Assembly (NCBI RefSeq): GCF_041956535.1
Contig: NW_027192199.1
Span: forward strand, 186,001 to 250,000
DNA length: 64,000 bases
Direction of reading: 5' to 3'
Source of the DNA: Calcarisporiella thermophila CBS 279.70
Taxonomy: Eukaryota; Fungi; Calcarisporiellomycota
The translations under genes and the position numbers were made by a program. Of this stretch, positions 12,199 to 27,526 are shown piece after piece (the stretch's first letter is position 1; each line of letters starts with the position of its first letter). The notes below the pieces were generated by a model. That model saw only the letters and a list, made by a program, of their open reading frames with translations. It was not told where the DNA came from and made no database searches.

Positions 12199-14511
12199 TG
12201 TGGTAATGATGGAGAATTTTCAAGAAAGAATGGAGGTGGGTGCTATGGAGTGGGTGTAAATGAATGACAATGAATGCAATAAAGTGAAAAAGCGATGCCT
12301 GGTGGCCTCGGAGGGATGGGACTTATTTATTTGTTCAGGGGCGAGGTAGGTTAATTTGCCTGTTGCGAATTTGCCGTGGGAGTTTGCGTTTGGAGACTCT
12401 TTTTGGTACATGCTAATCAATGTTAACATAAGATGGTCGGTGATTGCTCGGAAAATGTCTTTGGCAAAGATCGCCAGGAGAGCGCGGTGGCACATGTTAA
12501 GCCGGTGAATCCAGTTAATCCGGCCATTGACCTCTCCTTACCTCCTCCGTTTCTATTAATAACCAGTGCCCGTGTGAAGCTTGCTAAATTTAGTGGCCAT
12601 AAGTGGTATTGGACACTGCACGTCGCCAATCAACCTCAACAGCCGAACCTCTAAAACATTTTCTCTGAAACACTCAAGCCGACCACGCCGTTGAATCCAT
12701 CACATAATACAGAGCATTTTTGCAAAGTCTTAACATGGTTCTCTTGTAATATGAAATGTCAAAAATGAAAATAATCTCGGCCCAACTCTGAGAGTGGTTT
12801 TTTCCAATCCGGATTCCTCCGCGCTTTCCTGCCCCCTATTTGAGCCCTCGATTCAAGCCATGGCACCAGCACTAGCATTGTAGCTATCTATCCCCCATCC
12901 TTTTTAAAGTTTAATAAAGGATCACTGTAATAAATGAAAAAAAAAAACCAATGCCAGGCATCATATAATATGATCTAGCCTGAGCATTACATGGCTTCCC
13001 AGATCGAACTAATTTCCTTCCACTCCTCTTAGTTGGCTTCTCCACTAGACCTGTATAAGCTATTAAAATAGCCGTTTGGCAAATAAAATAAGTGGTGCCC
13101 GGAGATTTTCATTCTTATTACCCGAGAGTCTTGAAAATAGGCTATGTCGGTTTTAGAAGGGAGGAATGACGAAAAGGGCCGTGAAAAAATGGAAAGGTAT
13201 TCTTAAACCGTTCTTGAACCGAATTTCTAAGAGCTCTATGACGCAAGCAACGGAGGAGGGGGGGGGGGGAGGAAGAGGAGGAGGGTATGGCAAAGTTTGG
13301 GTTTCAACAACTCGGGCAGCGCTCTTTTTAGTCAAGGGGGATTCGCTCCCTCTAGCTCTCTTCTGAGGTCCGATGGCCAGACCCATTGGATCCCGGTCAG
13401 TCACCCTGCAGGGTAGTCGAAGGATATCTGGCCGCTGCTAATCGTGACGCCATATCGACTGCTTAATATAGGGTTTCGTGCGAGTCATTTCAAGAATTCC
13501 ATGCATGCACCTACTTATGGAAGTGTTAGACATTCAAAATCTCATAAGAGGAAGAGAGATTTATCGGACCTGTAGCAATGCAGGGCCAAGCGTAGGAATT
13601 TTCGAGATGAGGGAAAAAGCCCAAAGTCCCCTATAGCAGAATTCCCGAAATATGAAATTGCGGACTCAAAGTGAAACGGTTTAATATCCAGTTCATCAGC
13701 AGCACACCTGTCCCCTCTCTCCCCCATCCTCTTAGGGGATTTTGCTCGCCTCCCACACAGCGCTAACGAGCGGCGCCAGAGAAGTATCACCTTCCGCGCC
13801 TGGGCGCCCCTATCGCCGCGCTGATGGGCCGGTTCCCAATCCAGAACACGTGGCGCGCGGATTGTATGAGCAGCGAAACTCACTCGTTCAGATGGGCAGG
13901 GCGATTCTATTTAGAAGCGGGAGGAGGAGGGGATCCCCTAAGTAGATGGCCGGCGGTGATTTGCGAAATTTTTCTCATTGGGATAACCCCTATGTCAAGG
14001 TCATACGACGCAAATCGAAAGACAAAATCGCTTTTTGTGCGCAAAATCATGCCAGAATTTAAGCCCTCCATGAGCTATTATCCTTCCAATGGCAAAACCG
14101 CGATTCCCGGATAGCACGTGCAAGTGGGGGGGGGGGATAGCCAGAAATTGGCAGGGATGACCTCAGCGTGCTTCCCCCAGAATGGATGCGTTTTTATTTT
14201 TCCAAGCTGGCATCGAACGAATTATTTTGAAACTCTGCCCGAATCGAACCCCCCGTCCCCATTCTTGGCTTGCGATATTTGATCCGATCGAGAGATAACC
14301 AAATTAAACTAGGTTTAGTGGAGCAACTTTATATAATCAGTTTCTAAATCGCTCGCTCCCCCCCCTTCTTTCCCCGCTTTCTCCCACTTCTTCTTTTCTC
14401 CCCCACTCAGCCCCGCTGCTCTTGACTCTTCTCTCCTCGCTCTCTGTCTCTTTCCTGCTGCTGCTTCTCTCTCCCCTCTCTCGCCCTCTTCCGCTTCACT
14501 CACAACCCACC

Positions 14512-16166
<1,655 letters not shown>

Positions 16167-16849
16167 TGGTTAATCTGCAGCTCTGAACTCCTTATCTAGC
16201 GGTGTATAGTCTCATGTAATGTTATATATATATTTTTTTGTTTTTCCGCTGGGAATTCGTGCTATCATTATATCATTTTTGAAGCTTTTGGTGATATAGA
16301 CTCTATCAACAAAACATTTGGAGAGAGGGATGTAGTTCATTCATTAAATCCTGAACATAAGTAGGAACACCTGGTGTAGACAATATGAACAAAAGAGATA
16401 TTATAGTATTCTTCTGGTTAAAATGCAACCTCTTAAGAAATTATAGTATAAATGCAAGCATGTGCTATTTTTTATCCTCTCTTCCAACCTGGCTAATAAC
16501 CAAAAGGAGAGAGAGTATTAGCAGCTGGCTTATGGACGGAGACAGATCAAATTTAAGGATCCTTTAGACGTGATAATTTGTCATGGTACATATGGAGGTC
16601 GGGGTAGTGTTATTCAAAAAAAAATGAGGGACACAAGAGAAGGAAAACAAATATAAGGGGGAGGCGGAAATAGCAACAAAACAGAAAAAAAAACGATACA
16701 GTTGCAAAGGAAGAGCTATACTCTGGAGACGTTAGGAAAAACACAAGGAAACGAAAATAATAAAAAACAAACGAAATGAAATAACATGTATATGTGAGTA
16801 GCAAACTTTATATAAATCGTAAGGGATGTGGGTTTGGGCATTATTGAAT

Positions 16850-17221
16850 TCATGAGAAGAAGACAGCTTTCGGGTCTAAAGGCAAGCCAGTAGCGGGGTC
16901 AACGTTGTTGGCCTTAAGTTTTCTCTGCTGCCTCAGTAGGCGAGCCTGGTCAAAGCTGACCCCCTCACGCTTCATTATTAATCGAATCTCTTCCGAGTCC
17001 AATCCGGGTCTGGTATCGTTCTGTTCAAGGTTCTGATTCAAGTCGAATGTTTCCGATGTGAGTCCATCTTCGATGTCTTGTTCAAAATTGGAGCTTCTAG
17101 GGATGCGCTGATAACGAACTCGTTCAAATATAGCAAGCAGCCTGTGGCGGAAAAAATATATTGCCAAGGAAATGGATATAAGGAAGAGAAACATCCATAG
17201 ATCGGTTGCCGTGAGATGCAT
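16850..17221 (-). CDS. Small single-pass membrane protein, DUF2015/UPF0357-like
   Basis: N-terminal TM; FEQDIEDGLTSETFDL...RPGLD...VSFDQARL...GLPLDPKAVFFS. Confidence 0.8.
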   Translation of the reverse strand: MHLTATDLWMFLFLISISLAIYFFRHRLLAIFERVRYQRIPRSSNFEQDIEDGLTSETFDLNQNLEQNDTRPGLDSEEIRLIMKREGVSFDQARLLRQQRKLKANNVDPATGLPLDPKAVFFS

Positions 17222-17466
17222 GGTGATTTTTCAATGATTCGAATGTGCCAAGTAAGATCTCTAAAAGAATGATATCAGCAAAATGGACGAGGAGGAAAAA
17301 GCCCTCATAGGGTAGGGGAGGGGGGAGATGAAGGAAACCGAAAGCGCATCCAAGGCCGTCTTGGATTAAGATTGTGTGGCTGAGTCAAGAAACTTCTCGA
17401 TCATAGCTGAGTCGCATTTTCAAGTCCACAAACTATCCTCTCGTCTGGTTCTAAATTAATCTCATC

Positions 17467-19225
17467 ATGAAAAGCTTGGAAGAAGAAGTTGGCCACGATG
17501 CAGAGTATGAGAGTGATGAGCAAGATGATGCTGATCTTGTAAACGGTTCAACGCGCAAGCGAAAGAGAAAGCAGAGTGACAGCCAAACCACTCCGACTAG
17601 GTCTTCGACACGTGTCCGCAAAGAAGTTCAGCGATTCTCTCCTCTAAGACGGGAGGAAAAACAGCCCATTGAGATCCGGAAGGTTCTTGATTTACCCTCA
17701 TTTAGTCCCTGCATTACATTTAAGAGCTGATCTTGTATCTCACCTCTTTTTCTTTTCGTGATCAGGGAGAAGGGGCTCCACTTGGGGAAATCGCAAAAAG
17801 TAATGTATTAGTGGTTTGCTCTCGAACTCATAAAACAGCGTCTAATTTGTATGCGAAATCCAAAGTTTCTGAATACATAGATAAGAACCGCGTGGAGGAT
17901 GTTCTCAAACCCCTACATCGCATATTATTTGGACGCGTTGAATCGCCTCGCAATATCAAGTCAAACCTACGCCAGTTCAGTGGATTGACCATAAAGGATG
18001 AGGTAATATGAGCTTGAATGTTGGTCCATTGTTCTTTGATATATAGTCTGTGGGTATTCTTTTGCAGAAAGAAGAGGAGCAGATGAAAATGAAATTCGGA
18101 AAATGGATGGCCACCGGGTTGAAGGATCTAGCGCGATTCCTTAACTTGGAAACATCGGGTGATAAAGTAAGCGCCTGTTCAACCAGGAGAATCTTCTTTT
18201 ATTTTTCTATCTTATCTAACAGCACTTCCTCTCCTAGAGCTCACTGATCGACCGTATCGTGGATTTTCTCAAGAAACCTCATGATACCGGCTATAAGAGG
18301 CGTGGGGTATGGGATCCTCATTTCAGCTTTTGAGGTTTTGGCCGTGTCATGTTGTATAACTGAATTTGGTTGAACCTGTAGGAAAAGAAAAAGCGCAGGA
18401 GCAAAACCGTATCATCCAAGAAGTCGAAGAAAAAAGTAACAGTATGTGGTTGGCCTTTTTTTCCCGATGGCGTGGGGTTGTGAGGTGGCAATCGTATCTC
18501 TTATTTGTCTATTATTTGAAACTTGTATAGGAAAACTCTACGGAAGAGGTGGTCACACTTGAGTCTGGACTTGAAGCCGATGAAAGCGAGAGTGATAGCG
18601 CCAGCGCCGATGGGGCCGACGACTATGAAGACTCTGCCATCCTCTCAGGTCGTGGTGAAGAGGCGGATGTGAGCAGTAATGTGGAAGACGAGTCACCGAT
18701 GCGTCGACATTCTAAAAAGGTGATCCGAAAGAGAGCAGAGCGGTCCATCGAGGCCTCAAAGAAGAAGAAAGAACAGAAAGCGGAGACCAAAGAAGAGTCT
18801 CGGCGTGTAGATGATGCGGACGATGAAGGAGAGGGCGGGGCTTGGAATGGCGAGGAGAAGCGAGAGAACTATGGGAAATCCAAGGATGAAAAAGTGGAGG
18901 GCACCGATAAGGAAGACAAGAACGAAAGCGCTGGGAGCGAAGCTAAAAACGACGAGCCTGGCGGGCCTAGTGATAAAGCGATCGTGGAGGAAATCAAGCG
19001 GATTTTGAAGGGTGAATAGGATAAATAGATTCATGTGCTTTTGTATCATAGCCACTGATTACCTCTTGCCTACCCTTGGGCCAATCAGATGCTAACCTCA
19101 ACGAGATCACCGCTAAGCAAGTGCGTCAGCGCCTGAATGAACACTTCGGAGTGGACCTGAGTGAGAGGAAAAAGTTCATCAATTCAATAGTCGACCAAGA
19201 GATCAATAGTTTACAGCCAGAGTGA
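17467..19225 (+). CDS. DEK-like chromatin protein (SAP-like region plus DEK_C domain), ~8 exons
   Basis: 'RSSTRVRKEVQRF', 'GEGAPLGEI', 'LHRILFGR...IKSNLRQFSG'. Spliced C-terminus PSDKAIVEEIKRILK|DANLNEITAKQVRQRLNEHFGVDLSERKKFI is a DEK_C domain. Confidence 0.85.
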
Positions 19226-19846
19226 GTGAGTTGATCAACCCCCAAGGATCAATATGCAGCAGATGTATATTTAATAGGTTTAACGCAATCCACTCTTCAC
19301 CTTCTATCTTATGAATGCCCATCAAACAATAAAATGTGGTTTAATCCATGGAAAATGTTCAGATAGATGCTGCATACTGTTATTTTCTATTTATATCAAG
19401 ATCCTCGACCTTGATGGATGTAATCGGAAAGCCTTTGGGATGAAACCGAGCATAATGGGATCCCTGTTCCTTCACTTGAAGCTCCGTGGGGTAATCCGAA
19501 TTCAGTTTGGAATTGCTTCAAAGAGACATTTGCATTTTTGAATAAGAAAAACTAAGGTGGAAAAAAAGTTTGAAATCAAAGCATTTAGAAAGAGCAAAGC
19601 AGAGAAGTAAATAATTACGGAATGGAAAAAGGCAAGATGAAGGAAAAAAGAAAAAGAAAACAATGGGAACCTAATATCTAAAGCTCGAAATAAATGAGAC
19701 GGATCTTTCTACATTTAAAAAAAGGGAGAGGGAGGAATAAATTGCGCAGAGAAATATATATATGGGTTGAATATATAATATATAATAAAACTTTAGCCTA
19801 GTCTTCAACCGTAATGAGGGGAGCCCTACATTCAACGGTGGGATCT

Positions 19847-22800
19847 TCAATAGGGAGGTTGATTGTATCGCGATTCGTATTGTTGCTGTGGATATCGTGG
19901 CTCCTGGTACTGGGGTTGCTGATGCTGTTGATAATAGGGCTCTTGGTATCGCAACGGGGGCTGCTGATACTGCTGATAAGGCGGGTAAGCTTGTTGCTGG
20001 GATTGCGCCTGGTAATACTGCTGCGGCTGTTGAGTTTGTGGGGGCGGGGGCATGGGCGGAGCATAGCCGATTCCGTTGTGGTAATCATAGGGTTGCTGAG
20101 GAGGCCCTAGGTCATCACCAATGTCGGAATATTCTTCGTAGTTGCTGTTCTGTGAAAATAGATGTGTGCGAGAGTCATCATCGCCTGGTATGACCTGATG
20201 TTGAAGATGTGCGGCAGAGGCAATGGTCGCACGCTGCCGTTCTCTTCGCTTGGCCTTGCGCACACGTTGACGTTCCCAATCTTCCCATCGCTTGAAGCAC
20301 GAAGAAGAAAGACAAAAAGCCAAAATTAGGTATACAGGTCAGAAATTCATGTAATTTCAGCAATTGGAGCGTACCTTCATCGGCACCTTCGACGCATCAA
20401 ACAGCCCCTCCTTCTTTCCATGATCATCCCCTTTCGTCTCTCCCGTCACTTTGCGTGTTTCGCCCCAGGAAAAGTCGTCGAAATGCCAATACGCATACAC
20501 GGGCAGAACCAAGTTCCACACAGGTAGAGCAAGAAGGTACACAAACATCCACATCACATATACGAGCTTACGCGAGGTCATCAAAATGAGAATTGCAGGC
20601 GAGAACAACACAATCACGAGAAGAGCGAGAGGGATGGCAGAGCTGACGGAGGTGATGGGCGTAAGCGCCAGGCTTATAATCAGCACAAACGTTAGGGCAA
20701 GCGCAACTGGTAATGACACGGTGCCGATAAGGTCGAGGAATACAACAAACTGCATTGAAAAACAAAATGTGCCACACAGATTGCGCACGAGCACCAGCTC
20801 TAGTAGATTGTGGATGGTCGAGTTGATCCATCGCCTACGCTGCGACAACAGCACTCGGAACTCGTCAGGTACAACAGTTTTACAAATCGCTTGGGGCATG
20901 AACATCATCTTGCGATGGGGGAAATTGCGAAGCATGAGCGTGGTGAGGAAACGATCCTCCCCAAGCAAGAGCAAATTCTTCTGATGAAGTGTGTCGACCA
21001 CGTTTTGGCTATATTCCTGCACAATTTCCGGCTTGGTGATGATGGGGACCCAGTCATCATCGCCTTTGCGGGCCTTTAATCTAATCATGTTTAAAAAATA
21101 AAATTAGAAAACAACGTCTATGGCTTGGTGATATGTGTCCAAAAATAAACAAAAACATGGTGCCATACCTGTACATGCAGAAACACCCAGGCAAACATGT
21201 CACACCTCCGAATATGGATTCAAATGCCTTTCCGAGACTATTTCGAGGAGGGAAAAAAAAACGTTATACATCCCTGTTCGCGCAACGAAAAGCAAACAAC
21301 GGTAAATATTGTTTGAGAACACTTACTGGTGAGAGATATAATATTCATAAACCTGAATTCCAGTCACCCACGAATCTCGCTTGTTCGCGATCTTTGTCTC
21401 CCCACATAACCCCATGATCAAATTGTCATTAATCATGCAGTTAATGAGCAAGCGAAGTGAATCTGGATAGACCTTGGTATCGGCATCAACCTAAAGTGGA
21501 AGCAACAAAGGGGAGATAAGATTTTGAAACAGAAGAGTGTCCTGATTGTGAGCAGATATTCGGTTATTGAAATTACCATGAGAACGATCTCAAAAAAGTC
21601 GGGGGTAACTCCCATCAAATGATGAATTTTAGTGAACAAGTCGTAATCAAGGGAAGTCATTCGGTCATTATAGGTAACGCGCGAGAAAAAATTCATCAAA
21701 ATAAGCTGTGAATCGCGTTTCCCACGGTTACCAGGTTTTGCTTTGCCTTGCTCTTCGGGAGTACCCCATTTCACAACGGTAATCATAGGGACACGGTGTC
21801 CTTTATGACCTGTGGCGTTGATAGAGGAGCGATATTAATATTTATTTTGAAAACTTGGGGAACACCGAGAAAATTTATACTCACAAAAATGTCCAGCATA
21901 TACTTTGGCCATGTTGTGTTGCTTGGAGCCCTGCGCAACTGCAATATAGCTCTGGGGTTTTGGATCATGAAAAGTGGGGTCTAACTCCATCATATCAATA
22001 CAAATGTCCGGGGTCGACTTGTCATTGCCATGTCCAGTGATTTGCCCGTCTTTCGGTTGGTGGGTGAGGGGGGGGGAGTGAAAGTCACTTGGTTAGCATG
22101 CGGTTTAAACATGTACAAAATAGCGAGAGGCAATTTTACCAGCAATAATAAAGAGCAGCTTCCTCTCATCAGGATATGCCGTTACCGCCAGCGATTCAAC
22201 TGTATTCCTGATCGAGGCTTCACCCTCTGAGTAACATGTTACCAACATTACCGTGAACAAGTCATTTCCAATGTCGGACCACGTAATCGTCTTCACGAAA
22301 TTGCCAGAGTCATTTCGCTGAGCCCAGGGCGCAGCGCGGTTTGCCATCTCGTAGTTATTACCGGGAAGTACTTGCGGGGAGACCATCGACTTGCGCACTT
22401 TGGGCGGGGGTTTTGCGAGACGCCAAGATAGAAACCAAGAAAACACGAGCGCCATGATAAATCGAGCAAACACTATCCCAAGCACAACCGTCAAGGACAC
22501 TAACAGCACAACTGAGGCTACGAAGCAACTTGGAGTCGCTTTGTCAATGTGCCCGGCATAATATTTCTCCACAAGACAGTTAACCGCAAGCTTAAGATCA
22601 TTTTGCCTGAAAAAGACCTTTGTTGCATCTTTCCCGCCATTGGGGTGTGTATTGGTGAGCACAGAACGGATCGCATAATCGACGATGTCTCCAACAATGG
22701 GCCGTGGATTTGCATTTATGTAGGGATCGAAATTAAGCACGTTGCCATCAATGACCAGGTAATTGCGCAGCGCCTGGTTTCCGAGCTGAACCCAGTCAAA

Positions 22801-23541
22801 TCCTACTTGTCGCGAAGTGTTCACCAATCCATACTGCTGAAGCGTCACAGGATTAAATGGTTGCAGAGGGCATCCGTTGAACCCGTTGTTGGTCACACAT
22901 GGATCAAACGTCACCGCAAGATATTTGTTTAGTGCTGGATTTTGGCAAGCTACGATGTTGTTTCCATGCGGGAAATAGTTGGTTATGTCAGTGCCCGAAA
23001 CAGTGGCAAGCTCATAGAAATTGACATTTTCCGTGGGCTTTGACTGCGTCATGTTAAATTGCCAGCCTTGTATACCGATAACCGAGCCTATTAAGGAGCA
23101 AAATAGATAGAAGCATTAGTATTTGGTGTGGTAGGGCAATTTGTTCTTATAATAGAACACATATGTACCCCTGAAGCCTGGGTCATTGTAAGGGATATAC
23201 AAATTCTGATTCGTTGCTTCCTGAGGCGGACAGAGTAATGTCTGAAAACCAATTGTGAAGAAAGCAACCACTCCTCCCACCAATGCAATTAGGAAACAAA
23301 GCGCTATCTTCTCTCGCCATGCTTGTTGCATTCCCGAATCCGATTTCCCCATCTTTGCTAATAAGAAGTTCGGTGCCCAAAATGTGATGATGCGCGAGAA
23401 CAGGACCCATGGATCAAATGTCTCACGCTCTTTATGACCAGTAAGTAATGGCGTAGGCTTCTGGTAACGTTCTGGGCGGATAAGAGTCTTGCCGCGCTGA
23501 AGCTGGGTAGCCCCACGCATGGGCTGTCCATTGGACGGCAT
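19847..23541 (-). CDS. Chitin synthase, class IV (Chs3-like), multi-exon
   Basis: [62 protein letters not shown]; no myosin motor domain. Confidence 0.95.
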
Positions 23542-24198
23542 ATTTAATGAGAGTATGTGGAGATATAATTAAAAGGAAATTGGTTATAAAAGCTAACGAG
23601 ATCCGGATCTAGCAATGCCTTAATGAAGCGCCACAGAAAAAAAAGTATGTGGTAAAGACAGATAACCTAATGGTAGTTAGAAAGAGGGGGGAAGGGAATA
23701 ACGACAACCAATTACTTAAGCTAAAGCTAAGTGGACGAATAACAAAGCTGAGATGGGTTGGAAATTCTTTGAGAGATAAAAGATGATGAGAATAAAAACT
23801 ATTCAATAATTACTGATGTTATCTGAAAATAGAGGGATGAAGTCTAAAAGGAGAGAGTGATGGTTAAGCGATATGTTCCTCTAGATTTCACGATGAAGAT
23901 TTCAAGTTAAGGAAAAATCATTTATAGAAAACTTCATCAACAAGAAATGGAAGGTGGAGTGGAAAACGACAGGGCGAGAAGCTGGGTTAGCCTAATTTAA
24001 TGGTACATAGCTTTCCCCCACATAAGCCGCGATCATTGTTATTTTTGTGATCGAGGAATTTTAAATTGGGATTTTGTATAACTATTCAAAGCCCTTGCAA
24101 ATACTTGTGAACAAGAAAAACCAAGCATTAGTTTAGTAGGTGGAAAATATACACAATGAAGCATTGCTTATATATATGTATATAAAATTAAATGTTTA

Positions 24199-27136
24199 TC
24201 ACAAAAATGGTATTTTGTCCAAGTCAAAAGGTGTTTTAAATTCCTCTTCATCAAAATCAAAGACATCGTCTTCCGATGAGTGACCACCCTTTACTTCCTC
24301 ACCATTTTCCTCCACGTCTCCTCCATCTTCTTCTTCGTTCGCCTTATCCTTGTCGTCCTTTTCAGTCTTCCCACTCCATCGGTCTCGGATCGATAGTGTT
24401 ACAAGACTCGATAGCAAGGACGGAGATAGCGAGCGAGGCGAAGATCGTGAGGAAGACGTGGGTGGTGACCGTGATAATTCGTTATCTTTCTCCTTCTCCT
24501 TCTCCTTTAGCTGATTCTCCTGTACAGCCTTACTTAAACTCGCCTCAGATGCACGGTTCTTCAGCAACGGCGAAGTTGCGAGCCCCAAAGAAGTTTCTGA
24601 GCGACTAGATGGCAGAGTACGTTTACGCGAATTGGAGGCTATACTTGTCAGCGAACGCAGCATGGACCGGGTGCCCCCTCCTGGAGTGGCATCAACTGGT
24701 CCAACCCCAGGTGATGATGCTGGTGATTCAGGCTCAGGGAGCTCAATATCTGGTAACGGGGCCTTCCACCAGTTCAGATCGGTGAAATCATTGTTAAGCT
24801 TTTGGTGCACAGGTGGAAAGAGTTGGTCGACAAGTTGACTTAGATCCATATATCTAAAATTAAAACAGGTAAGCAAGGATGTGGTTATGGGGGTGTATTT
24901 CTGGGACTCACGATGATTTGTAGCCTGCTGATGTCAGTAACTCGAGCACAACCTGACCATTTGGGTCAATGGTGAAGATGCGAGAAGCGGGAATATCTAC
25001 GCTGCGATAAGATAGAGCATCCTAATCCACGAAAATCCACGCAGTTAGAACTTCAATAATATCTATGAATAAAAAAAGATTACGACATACCGTTATCCGA
25101 TTCCCAAATCCAGCAAAAAATGGATTGCGGTCCGAAAATAGCCTTTGAATATCTCTTAAACAAGCCATCTTAAAGAGCTCTGGCTTTCGCATGATAACCT
25201 CACGATGGAATGCAGTCAATAATCGGTCTGGCGACATAATCACGGGTCCATCCGGAAGCTGGTAATTATTTTGCTCGACTTTTTTTAGGTAATCTCGCGT
25301 GTAATCCGCTTGGCCTATTGCACGTGAGGTCAGGTAGAGTATCTGGTAGCCATTTTGGTGAATATGTGTGTAGAGCTTCGCAACACCAGTGTGTGTCCAG
25401 TCTTTTCCAACCATAGTAAAGAGATGTCCAAGCGCGTCCGACCTAACCAAGAAAAATGAGCAAAGATGTTTAGAGAGATGACAACAGATAAAGAAATGAG
25501 GCTGGATTTTGGTACTTTGTAATAGTTCCATCGATATCAGAAATAATAATTTGGGTATCATGGTCCCAAAAGAAAAGCTTAGACACACACGTCGCCTTTC
25601 CATAATATGAAGAGGAAACAGTGAAGGAAATGGTATTCACTCCCTTTTTTAATTTCAAGGATTTCTGCAAAAAAAATTGTCAATTCATCTGCGTTAACAC
25701 CCCATGCACCTTCAAGTTATAGAAAAACTACAAACCAGTTGATCTGATGTTAACCGCAAAGTTTTCGCGTAATTGATTTTCCTTTGAGTGGATGTTGAAG
25801 GCTGTGGCTTCACATTTTCATGTGTCAAGATTTTCTCATCCCGCGTAAGTGTTGAGAGTGGAGCATTGGAATATTGTGGCGGCCACGACTTACTTCGTTC
25901 TCTCAGCCGTGCAGGAGTAGGAACTTCTGTGGAGATAGGTGTGTGGTCAGGAGTTTCAGGAGCTTCATGGGAATGAAAGGGAGCGGATGGCACCGCTACG
26001 GGTGCAAACTCATCTGTAAATCGGTGATGGTGCGAGTGCTTATGTGCAAGGACATCTACTTTTCCTCCGCTAGCGAGAAGATCGAGCTCGGATTTAGTTG
26101 AGGGTTTATTTGCTTCTGCTTCTTCAGCCTGAGCTTCAACATCAGTTTTATAGCCGGTTGCATCGATGACGGGGGGCTCTTAATAAATGAGAAATAAGTA
26201 TGAATACGTGCACTTTTTTTCATGATAGCTAAATAAATAAAGGCTTACTTGATTCTTTTACTTCGTCTTTTTCATGTTTGTTATCCTGCACTGCATCTAC
26301 CGAATGCTCTTGCTGTTCCGGCGACTCTTTATTCTCTTTCTCCTTTGACAATTTTGCCATAACCGCTTCCGCCATACTAGGTCCATTTTGAGTGTTATTT
26401 CCCTTCTTTTTTGTATTCTTAACTCTATTCGATACAGCTTCTCTTGGACTCTCTCCCTCACCCTCTAGAACGTAAAGATAAAGGGTTCGTAAATATGCAA
26501 CGGAATCCTAAGTTTTTATATCGGTAATATACCTGAACCGCTCGTGCTGTTTGCACTTACATATCCGTCACCTTCATTCTCACCCTCCAAAACTTTAGCG
26601 TCCGACACACTTAAATCTAAGAATGGTGGTTCCTATTATCATAACAATTTAAACAGCAGTTCACTCTTTAAATTCCTCCAAACATTGATGAGAAAAATAA
26701 AAGGTGGCTTACAGGCTGTTCAGCTGCTGAAGGCGATACAACTGGGCTTGCTATGGGTGAAGTGAGGAACTCTTCTGGTAGATCCTCCTCCGTCTCATAT
26801 ACAAAAAAGGCTTCACCAGAATCGCCAATTTTCATTGGAAAGTCTATAATTTCTCCATTCATTTTAATTTCCACCTATACAAAGGTTAATGATTCGTGAA
26901 AGGTTAGCTTTTAACCAAAAATATTCAATGAATTTATGAGATCTTGCCTTTTTCTCTTGTGGACGCAACACCGATAATTTTCCGAACCGGACATGAAAAG
27001 GCGAGCAAGCAAGTTCGCCATCAGGTTGCTCAACCACGATGACATCGATCGCACCTGAAAGAGTTGCGGGATTAATTTCGCGGTAAAATTGATTCACGGT
27101 GACCAGAACTCGGCCTAATTTCCCTACGTATTCCAT
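24199..27136 (-). CDS. PAH1: Lipin/Pah1/Ned1 phosphatidate phosphatase
   Basis: NLIP domain [15 protein letters not shown]...SPFHVRFGK; catalytic DIDGT; [14 protein letters not shown]; FAGFGNR. Confidence 0.97.
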
Positions 27137-27526
27137 GGGTTCGAAAAGGATGCCGTCTATATAACTTCTGCAGAAGGTAGTGGATTGATGTGATGAAGAA
27201 TGGATGCGGCTAGAGAGAAAAGAGAATGCAGAATGAATAACAGGATCAAGCGATCGTCGTTGAAGATATCATGAGAGGATCAAATAAAGCATCTTAGAAC
27301 TCACATGTAAATTCATCCTAGTCAATATTGAATCTCAGATTGGAAACGGAGCAATATGGAAACCGACGTCTTAGTGGTGAAAACTCAAAGCGTTTTTAAA
27401 GGAGTATCATTAAGGGATAAACAAAGCCATTTTCATTGTAGCTGAGTAATACCATAAAATAGAGTAAACAGAAGAATAAATAAAATAAAAGAACCATTTA
27501 AGACTATTAAAAATAAACCGAAATAT

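Noticed and set aside
12220-14400. Short ORFs and G-runs (e.g. ~13255-13285) in a long intergenic region
   Set aside because: No coding signature or transposon motif; G-runs alone are not informative.
17348-17387. ATCCAAG-N5-CTTGGAT hairpin and TGAGTCA (Gcn4/AP-1-like) site in the DUF2015/DEK divergent promoter
   Set aside because: Short motifs expected by chance in 64 kb; no supporting evidence.
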